Of a stretch of DNA of 47,940 nucleotides, positions 1-8,799 are shown piece after piece (position 1 is the first letter of the stretch; every line of letters begins with the position of its first letter). Under the pieces are notes generated by a model, which saw only the letters and a program-made list of their open reading frames with translations, did not search any database and was not told the origin of the DNA. The position numbers and the translations under genes were made by a program. Where the stretch lies: contig NW_021834515.1 in assembly GCF_006345805.1 (NCBI RefSeq), positions 1 to 47,940 on the forward strand. The letters are read 5' to 3'. The stretch is from Octopus sinensis (taxonomy: Eukaryota).

Positions 1-192
1 TTCCTGTCAGGTGTCCCAGATGAACCAACTTCACGGCAGGAGGTGCAGATGAGGGCAGCTGCATCGAACTCTCTCATGCACCAAATGGCAGTTGCTAAAA
101 AGCTTTCGTGAAATAAAACCAAGTAGCAACACCAAATGGCGGTGCCCCAGCATGGCCACAGCTCATAAGCTGAAACTAGAATCAATCAATCA
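1..192 (+). mobile_element. 3' end of a CR1/L2-group LINE (last ORF2 codons, 3' UTR, (ATCA)n tail); runs off the window start
   Basis: Near-identical to 5385-5560 and 43607-43800; encodes FLSGVPDEPTSRQEVQMRAAASNSLMHQMAVAKK; ends GCTGAAACTAGAATCAATCAATC. Confidence 0.9.
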
Positions 193-216
193 TCATATAT
201 ACCTATATATATATAT

Positions 217-308
217 AATTTTAATCCAAACGGAAACCAAAAACAACACAACCAGGAACAATTACAGTATATTATAATAGGCGCTCAGGAAAAGGAAGCA
301 GGGAGGTA
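217..308. repeat. Unclassified ~92-bp dispersed repeat flanked by (TA)n
   Basis: Reverse-complement copy with roughly 85% identity (by eye) at 38794-38890. Confidence 0.7.
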
Positions 309-337
309 TATATATATATATACATATATATATATAA

Positions 338-383
<46 letters not shown>

Positions 384-397
384 TATATATATATACA

Positions 398-898
398 TAT
401 TTTGATAAAACGGTAAGATAACAAAAGAAAGAAATAGACCTCATATTATAAATAGAGGAAATTTATCTATACAATATGTTACATTACTCGGTAGTCAAGA
501 TAAAACTCTGATTTCAGATGCCGAAGTGGAAATCCACAACACCATCTCTTCGGTTATCTGGCTATTTCAAAACGTTATGAAAAAATACCGTTAAAAATGA
601 AGGGAAATTACTCTGTTATAACTCTGCTTTGCCTGCATACTTATACATCGCTTGCGTTTTTCGTCATAAAAATTATATAAAAGTACATAAAAATATATAA
701 AAATATATAAAATCTTCTTGGGACATAACACAGAAAGCATGTTATAACAGAGTAATTTCCCTTTATTTTTAACGGTATTTTTTCATAACGTTTTCAAATA
801 GCCAGATAACCGAAGAGATGGTGTTGTGGATTTCCACTTTGGCATCTGAAACTCAGAGTTTTATCTTGACTACCGAGTAATGTAACATATTGCATAGA
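398..898. repeat. Solo fold-back of the Naiad PLE terminal repeat (pLTR): arms 466-622 and 741-898, ~118-bp spacer
   Basis: Arms are reverse complements; the same sequence flanks the PLE ORF at ~13230-13460 and ~16310-16460; left arm extends (398-465) into the PLE 5' UTR sequence. Confidence 0.85.
804..866 (+). ncRNA. Type I hammerhead-like motif in Naiad pLTR (variant core CCGAAGA)
   Basis: AGATAA-CCGAAGA-GATG...CATC-T-GAA-ACTC-A-GAGT-T-TTATCT: 6-bp stem I, stem II GATG/CATC with inner GTGGA/TCCAC hairpin, stem III ACTC/GAGT. Confidence 0.55.
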
Positions 899-1159
899 GA
901 GAGATATATATACATATATATATATATATAATAGACATATTAAAATAACTAAGTCTCTCTAAAAGAGAACAGCGGCAGCGTTTCCGGAAAATAATAGTTA
1001 TCGCCATACTAATATGGCATTCTTATAAAAATAAGAAAAAAGCTGTCCGCTTATTAGCTCCATGAGGCCATCGCCTTAAGTTAGCTATTTGATACACAAA
1101 CTGTATCCATATAACCTTCGAACAAGGGAGGTCACTCGCTCCACACTACTTGACCGGCA

Positions 1160-1201
1160 GCTACAGACGCGTTTCGGGGTATTGCCCCTTTTCAATGCAG
1201 C
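1160..1201 (-). ncRNA. Type I hammerhead ribozyme candidate, U3:A8 core (inverted copy)
   Basis: Exact reverse complement of 1333-1374. Confidence 0.7.
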
Positions 1202-1238
1202 TACGCTGCATTGAAAAGGGGCAATACCCCGAAACGTC

Positions 1239-1284
1239 TATTATTGAAAACAAGTGGATGTATTCCACCGAAACTAGGTAAATA
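1239..1284 (+). ncRNA. Second, less canonical hammerhead-like motif of the 362-bp unit (repeated at 1601-1646)
   Basis: TATT-a-TTGAAAA-caa-GTGGA-TGTAT-TCCAC-c-GAA-AC-TAG-GT-A-AATA; needs small insertions to fit the consensus. Confidence 0.4.
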
Positions 1285-1332
1285 AAACCATCGAACAGAG
1301 ATTGTCGGAAGCGACACCTACTGGCTGGCTAC

Positions 1333-1374
1333 GCTGCATTGAAAAGGGGCAATACCCCGAAACGCGTCTGTAGC
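1333..1374 (+). ncRNA. Type I minimal hammerhead ribozyme candidate, U3:A8 core; predicted cut after C1368
   Basis: GCTGCA-TTGAAAA-GGGG-CAATA-CCCC-GAA-AC-GC-GT-C-TGTAGC: stem I 6 bp (one G-U), stem II 4 G-C pairs, palindromic ACGCGT stem III, GUC site. Confidence 0.75.
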
Positions 1375-1694
1375 TGCCGGTCAAGTAGTGTGGAGCGAGT
1401 GACCTCCCTTGTTCGAAGGTTATATGGATACAGTTTGTGTATCAAATAGCTAACTTAAGGCGATGGCCTCATGGAGCTAATAAGCGGACAGCTTTTTTCT
1501 TATTTTTATAAGAATGCCATATTAGTATGGCGATAACTATTATTTTCCGGGAACGCTGCCGCTGTTCTCTTTTAGAGGGACTTAGTTATTTTAATATGTC
1601 TATTATTGAAAACAAGTGGATGTATTCCACCGAAACTAGGTAAATAAAACCATCGAACAGAGATTGTCGGAAGCGACACCTACTGGCTGGCTAC

Positions 1695-1736
1695 GCTGCA
1701 TTGAAAAGGGGCAATACCCCGAAACGCGTCTGTAGC
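1695..1736 (+). ncRNA. Type I minimal hammerhead candidate, second tandem copy; predicted cut after C1730
   Basis: Identical to 1333-1374, 362 nt downstream. Confidence 0.75.
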
Positions 1737-1905
1737 TGCCGGTCAAGTAGTGTGGAGCGACTGACCTCCCTTGTTCGAAGGTTATATGGATACAGTTTGT
1801 GTATCAAATAGCTAACTTAAGGCGATGGCCTCATGGAGCTAATAAGCGGACAGCTTTTTTCTTATTTTTATAAGAATGCCATATTAGTATGGCGATAACT
1901 ATTAT

Positions 1906-2155
1906 ATATATATACATATATATATATATACATATATATAATACATATATACATATATATATATATACATATATAATATATATACATATATATATATATA
2001 CATATATATATATACATATATATATATATACATACATATATATATTATATCATATATATATATACATACATATATATATATATACATATATATATACATA
2101 CATATATATATACATATATATATATACATACATATATATATACATATATATATAC

Positions 2156-2188
<33 letters not shown>

Positions 2189-2266
2189 CATATATATATA
2201 TACATATATATATACATATATATATACATATATACATATATATAAACATATATATACATAGATATA
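1906..2266. repeat. (TA)n/(TATACA)n microsatellite
   Basis: Direct inspection. Confidence 0.95.
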
Positions 2267-2268
2267 TA

Positions 2269-3484
2269 CGAGGGGCTTTCAATAAGTAATGCCCCTGACC
2301 CACTTACCATTTCAGGAGAGCAACGATACTTGGCACAGTTATTAGTCTTTTTCTACATAGGAACCACCCTGAGTTACGCATTTCTTTCATCGTTTGATGC
2401 AACTCTGGAGAGCGTCTTTGTAGAAGACCCCAGCTTGGTCCCCACACCACGACGTGACTTCAGAAATCAAGGCTGCATCATCTGCCAAACGCTTTCCTTT
2501 CAAAAACAACTTCATGGCTGGGAAGAGGTGAGGAGTTCATAGCCGCATGCCTGTGCTTCTGATCTGGCAACACGCGAGTTGTCCTGCAGGAGGAGGATGC
2601 CTTTGCTGATCTTGCCCCGCCTCTTCATTTTGATAGCTTCTCTTAATTTCCTCAAAAGTGAAGCATAATAGGCTCCTGTAATTGTGGTACCCTTTGCCAG
2701 GAAATCTGTCATCACTACTCTGTCCTGGTCCCCGAAGACTGTGAGCATGACCTTGCCAGCGGAAGGCTGCACCCTTGCCTTCTTTGGAGGAGGTGAGTCA
2801 CGGTGCTTCCACTGCATTGACTGGGCTTCGGTCTCTGGATCATAGTGATGGACCCAAGTTTCATCCTGTGTAATCAGTCTTTTGAAAAATTTCGACTCAT
2901 CTTCTTGGCACATCTCCAAATTCATCCTCGAGCACTCGACGCGTTCTTGATTCTGGAAAGGTGTGAGCAGCCTGGGAATCCATCTGGCAGACAGCTTTTG
3001 CATATGCAAATGGTCATGAATGATAGTTTCCACAAACCCGGTACTAATCTTGACCTCATGGGCTATTTGGCAAATAGTTATGCGTCGATCTTCCAAAATG
3101 GCAGCCTCAACTTGACGGACAGATGCCTCACCAATGGCAAAAGGGGGGGGGACCAGATCTGGGAGCCATTTCCACAGTGTTTTGACCATGTTTGAATTCA
3201 CGATGCCAGCGTTTTATAAGGTCATATGATGGGGCATCATCACCATAAGTTACTTTCATTTCATCAAAAGTCTCCCGTGGTGTGCGTCCTTTCAAATACA
3301 AAAACCGGATCACTGCTCGACACTTAACAGGCTCCATTTCACACTTGACTCAGTTCAAACACCTGTTTAGTTCAGAGCTGTAATTTGCCACTTAACCTAT
3401 AGAGATATAAATAATTGCACATGCAAAATTTCAGCTCGATCAAACAACTGCAAGTGGGTCAGGGGCATTACTTATTGAACTTCC

Positions 3485-3488
<4 letters not shown>
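2269..3488 (-). mobile_element. Mariner DNA transposon, ~1.22 kb, defective transposase (ATG at 3337)
   Basis: TA-CGAGGGG left end; TIR core TTCAATAAGTAATGCCCCTGACCCACTT on both ends; WIPRLL and QDETW motifs; frameshift near 3140; the PYSPDLAPSD segment with the third catalytic Asp is deleted after CGYELL. Confidence 0.9.
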
Positions 3489-3530
<42 letters not shown>

Positions 3531-3660
3531 GCATATATATGTACATATTTATATTTTATATACATATATATATTATATATATATATATGTATCACATATA
3601 TATACATAGATATATACATATTTATATTTTATATATATATGTATCATATATATATATATA

Positions 3661-5575
3661 TTTCTACAGGTATGCCAAAGAAACAGCTACGGTGCACTGT
3701 AGGATAGGGCCACTCCTTGAAAAGGATGGCATACTCACAGGAAATCAAATGAGGGTAAGTGAAATACTAAATGAGCAATTCATGAGTAGTTTCACGCCAC
3801 CCCTAGGGTATTTTAAAGTCAGCAATCCAACTGACTCCTTTACCACTGCAGATATAAAATCGGAGGCAGCAATGATTGATTACATCAATATAAAGGAAGA
3901 CGATGTAATAAAGGCTATTGATGAAATGAAAACAAACTCAGCTACTGGCCCAGATGGATTCCCAGCAATCCTTCTAAAAGTATGTAAGAGAGTCCTAGCA
4001 AGACCACTGCAGTTCCTCTTTCAGAGCTTCCTTGCAACTGGCAAACTTCCAAGAAAACTGAAGGAAGGTAAAATATGCCCTATTCATAAAGGAGGTAGCA
4101 GAGCGGAGGCCAAGAACTACAGACCTATCTCTCTGACCTCACACATCAGCAAGGTCATGGAACGAATAGTCAGAAGGAAACTAATCACCTTTCTTGAAGA
4201 AAATGACTTGCTGCCTGACACCCAACATGGTTTCTGACCAGGAAGAAGCTGCTTAACTCAGCTCCTACAACACTATGACTAGGTGCTGAAACGACTGCTC
4301 AACCACTCAAATGTGGAAGTCATATATCTCGACTTTGCAAAGGCCTTTGATAAAGTCGATCATAGAATGCTATGTCACAAACTGCGTGATCTTGGCATAG
4401 TTGGAAAATTGGGAGAGTGGCTTCATGACTTTCTGAAGGATAGAAGTCAGGTGGTAGTAGCCACTTCCACTAACATGCAAATAGTGAGTGGTGTTCCACG
4501 GGGCACTGTTTTAGGACCACTACTGTTCATAATGGCCCTCTCAGACATGCCCTCAGCCACGCAGAGAGCCACGATCACAAGTTATGCAGATGATACAAAA
4601 GTTTCACAGGCAATACAGAACCCTGAAGACACTAAGCACCTGCAATGTGAGCTGGACAAAATATACAAGTGGGCTGAAAAGAATAGCATGCAGTTCAATG
4701 CTGAAAAGTTTCAAGCTCTATGCTATCAGCACGCAAAACTAAATGCAATACCCAATAAATACACTGGACCTGGAGGGACTGCAATCCCAGAGGCACAATC
4801 AGTGTGAGACCTGGGTATTTACATGAGTGATGATGCAACCTTTCATGTGCATGTTGCTAAATTGGCAATGAAATGTAGGCGGCTGACCAGATGGATTCCT
4901 AGAACCTTCAGAACAAGAGACCAGGAAACCATGATGGTCCTCTGGAGGACACTTGTCCTAAGCCACTTTGACTATTGCTCTCAGCTATGGCCACCATCCA
5001 GTGTCAAGTTAATCACAGAACTTGAGGCGATCCAACAAAGCTACATGAAGAAGATAGCCTCTGTGCAGCATATAAGCTATTGGGAAAGACTCAAGAGATT
5101 GAGACTCTATTCCTTAGAGCGTAGGCGAGAAAGATATGCCATAATATACATCTGGAAGATCCTAGAAGGACTTATCTCAAACTTTGGCATCGAGAGTTAC
5201 ACAAATGCCAGAACTGGGCGCCACTGCATAGTGCCAAGGACTCCAAGTTTGCCATCAAGATGTAAGACAAGATACTGTGATAGCCTGGGCTTCCGAGGCC
5301 CACAGCTCTTCAATATCCTCCCAAAGAACCTAAGAGACCTGCATGGGGTGGATGCAGATGTCTTTAAAATGAAACTGGATCTCTTCCTGTCAGGTATCCC
5401 AGATGAACCAACTTCACGGCAGGAGGTGCAGATGAGGGCAGCTGCATCGAACTCTCTCATGCACCAAATGGCAATTGCTAAAAAGCATTCATGAAGTAAA
5501 ATCATGTAGCAACACCAAATGGCGGTGCCCCAGCATGGCCACAGCTTGTGAGCTGAAACTAGATAAATAAAAAAA
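3661..5575 (+). mobile_element. 5'-truncated CR1/L2-group LINE (RT domain to 3' tail), with stop codons
   Basis: YRPISLTSHISKVMERI, YLDFAKAFDKVDH, GVPRGTVLGPLLF, YADD, HFDYCSQLW, LYSLERRRERY; start matches 41870 of the long copy; stops at 4235 and 4280. Confidence 0.92.
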
Positions 5576-5625
5576 ACATATATATACATATTTATATTTT
5601 ATATACATATAGATATATTTCATAT

Positions 5626-6010
5626 GCTGTGTGGTAAGTAGCTTGCTAAACAACCACTGGCTCCGGGTTCAGTTCCACTGCGTGGCATCTTGGGCAAGTG
5701 TCTTCTGCTATAGCCCCGGGCCAACCAATGCCTTGTGAGTGGATTTGGTAGACGGAAACTGAAAGAAGCCTGTCGTATATATGTATATATATATATAAGT
5801 GTGTGTGTATGTGTTTGTGTCTGTGTTTGTCCCCCTAGCATTGCCTGACAACCAATGCTAGTGTGTTTACGTCCCCGTCACTTAGCGGTTCGGCAAAAGA
5901 GACTGATAGAATAAGTACTGGGCTTACAAAGAATAAGTCCCGAGGTCGATTTGCTTGACTAAAGGCGGTGCTCCAGCATGGCCGCAGTCAAATGACTGAA
6001 ACAAGTAAAA
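5626..6010 (+). mobile_element. tRNA-derived SINE with internal (TA/GT) microsatellite and LINE-like 3' tail
   Basis: A-box-like GCTGTGTGGTAAG, B-box-like GGTTCAGTTCC, CORE-like TTGGGCAAGTG; second copy at 44170-44603 on the minus strand. Confidence 0.85.
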
Positions 6011-6071
6011 GAGTTAAGAGCATATATTTCATATACATACATACATTTCATATACATACATACAAATATAT

Positions 6072-6414
6072 CACGTAAAAGCACCGTCCATTCGTGGCCG
6101 GTTGCCAGCTCTGTCTGTGGCACGTAAAAGCACCATCCGTTCGTGTCCGTTGCCAGCATCGCCTGGCCCCGTGCCGGTGACACGTAAAAGCACCATCCGT
6201 TCGTGGCCGTTCGCCAGCTCTGTCTGGCACCTGTGCAGGTGGCACGTAAAAAACATCCACTACACTTGCGGAGTGGTTGGCGTTAGGAAGGGCATCCAGC
6301 CGTAGAAACACTGCCAGATCTGACTGGGCCTGACGAAGCCTTCCAGCTTCACAGACCCCAGTTGACCCGTCCAACCCATGCTAGCATGGAAAGCGGACGC
6401 TAAACGATGATGAT
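6072..6414 (+). mobile_element. RTE LINE 3' UTR fragment with internal tandem units and (GAT)n tail
   Basis: Reverse complement of the 3' ends at 11840, 31691 and 36266 (CCCATGCTAGCATGGAAAGCGGACGCTAAACGATGATGAT). Confidence 0.85.
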
Positions 6415-6785
6415 AAGTTCAGCAAAATTTAGATTCAAATGAATATGGTACTTAAGTTAGATGCACTAGAATTTTGTATGGTGTTATCCATATAAATCCA
6501 TGGGGTGATTATAATCAAAATAAGCATGATGATGATGATATATATATACATATATATATAGAATATATATATATATAATCAAAATAAGCAACAAGAATAA
6601 CCTCGGTAATTTGCTACGATTGTTTCACGCTACATCATTTTATTAAATATTTTAAGTATTACAACAGTTTTGAAATGTTCAGCAATCATCAGCCATTTAT
6701 AGAGGTTTTCCATTAATACATAACTTTCATATCAATTGATAACATTATAGAGAAGGTAGATATATAGACAAAGATGTCGATTTCA

Positions 6786-7812
6786 CCCTTTCATTACCAA
6801 ACCGCCCAAAGCCGCCCGAAAAAATTTTGATTCATGTGACCAAACCGCCCGTAGTTACCTATTCATATTTAAATGAGAATATCAGAGCAAATCTCTTTAG
6901 TACATTCGTGAAAACACATGATTATACTTCATAAACAGTTCATCTACAGTTTTGTATAACGATCAAAGTGTAATTTTAATTCTGTGAATTTTGGGAGATT
7001 TTTTTCCGAAATTTGTTCCTATTGTGTTTTCAAAATTTGTAATTCTGACAAAAAATGGATACGAATTTCATTATATCAAGCAGCGAGTCAGAATTCGAAG
7101 GATTTTCTACTGAAGACCTTGATAAATCTAACTCTATGACTGAAAAAAAAAAAAGCATGTGGTATTTGATAATGAATCCGATGTTTCATTTTCCGAAAAT
7201 GAAAGCAGTGAATCCGAGAGCTCCGACAGCGATAAAGAAAATGAATTGGCACCTGAATGGAGTGAAAATTGAAAAACTGTTTCTTTCAGTGATTTTTCTG
7301 AAGAAACTGGACCAAGCCACAGTCTTTCGAATGAGCCTATTTGAAATCATTACGGCGGAAACGAACCGTTATGCTAAATGTAAACAAAGCGAAAGAAAGG
7401 ATAGTTTGTTATTTTCCACAACCTTAAATGAAATTAAGGCCTATTTTGCCATAAATATTATTATGGGTATCAGAAAGTTACCCAGAATAACAAATTCTAT
7501 AGTAAAATTTTGTTGTATACCCAATTGAATATTAGCTAATAACCCATTTTCTATAGCGATGTTTGAACAAAAATTTTAATAATTTTATATTTTGTTGAAT
7601 TTACCTGTATCTACCTGCAATTAGAGTCACTTTGTGACAAATATTATAGTATAGAATTGGTTGAGAACATTTCATTAAATTATCTTCCAAAAATCACATT
7701 AATATATTGATAAATAAAAAAGTTATAGTTGTTTAATGAAACCAGACTAAATTTATGATTATGTTAGAAATTAATTGAAACACATTTGGTCAGAAATATA
7801 GTAACGAAAGGG
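6786..7812 (+). mobile_element. Internally deleted piggyBac element (1027 bp) with transposase N-terminal remnant (7055-7528)
   Basis: Ends CCCTTTCATTAC / GTAACGAAAGGG; TTAA at 7813 and TTCA (mutated TTAA) at 6782; the empty site GATTTTAATT is preserved in the inverted arm near 11548; protein ETNRYAK..TTLNEIKAYFAINIIMGI resembles PGBD. Confidence 0.85.
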
Positions 7813-8799
7813 TTAAATTTTAAGAACATTAAGGTAGTAGAGTTTATCTTCTGACTGAAGAATATTCATTAAGTTATTTTGAACTGCTAGAAGGTTGGGA
7901 AGTATAATCAGTTGAAAGAAGACAAAAAAGATTTTCTATTTATAGAAATAGGGGTGAAATAAATGTCAGAAGTTCTTCATAAAGAAATTAAGGTAGAGAG
8001 GGGGTTGTAATACCCTAGAAGCTGTTTATTACTATTTGGCAAACAGATTTTGTATTAGGAAAACTAGGTCAATGTCAGATGGTCAGAGTGACTACTTATA
8101 TATCAAAAGTTATAGAGAATACAGAGGTCCCTTTATACTTATAGACATCAGCTTTATACTTAGCTGGTAGGTGTTGAATATTTTGATATGCTGGATTAAA
8201 GGAGAAATTATAAATCTAATATTTATTCATTTTGGAGAAAAATCTATCATTTATTATGAGTAGGCATAATACTCAATAACTGTGGACAAAAGTCTTATTA
8301 ATAAAGTGAATATATTAGGTGGAAAATATAAATATTTTAGAAAAAATGGAAGAGGATTAATGAAGATGAATAATTTTCTTAGGTTTAGTAGAAGGTGATT
8401 TATGTTTAAGAAGATAAGTAATCAAGAAGAGTAAATTTCTCAGATTTAGTAGATAGTGAATTGTTATTAATGAATTAAATTAAAGAATCTGTTAGACATA
8501 ATATTTACTACCTGCAGAGAAATGCTAATTAGTTAGGTAAAAATATCCTGGGTTAATGATATATTAAGAAATGGAAATGAAGTAATCAAGATGAACTGAG
8601 TAGTTTCCTTAGGGACATAGAATTTATACTATTTAATATAGGAGAATATAAAAAAAGAGAGATAATTTAATTCTAAATATGCAATGAAGTTATTTAGTAA
8701 TCTATGCATGTTGAATTAAAAGCTAGTATGGTATATTCATTCTTATTTGGTTATAAAGAATTAGAATTTGAAAAATTTAGGAATGGTCATAATATTATT

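Larger units (their letters stand above)
930..1905. repeat. ORF-less 362-bp tandem repeat (1239-1600, 1601-1905 partial) preceded by an inverted partial copy (930-1201); retrozyme/pLTR-like
   Basis: TATTATTGAAAACAAG recurs at 1239 and 1601; 930-1201 is the reverse complement of 1333-1604; only about 3 differences seen among copies; (TA)n on both sides. Confidence 0.9.

Noticed and set aside
7856-7895. CTGAAGA followed by GAAC in the Naiad 3' region
   Set aside because: Lacks A15.1/U16.1 and stems.
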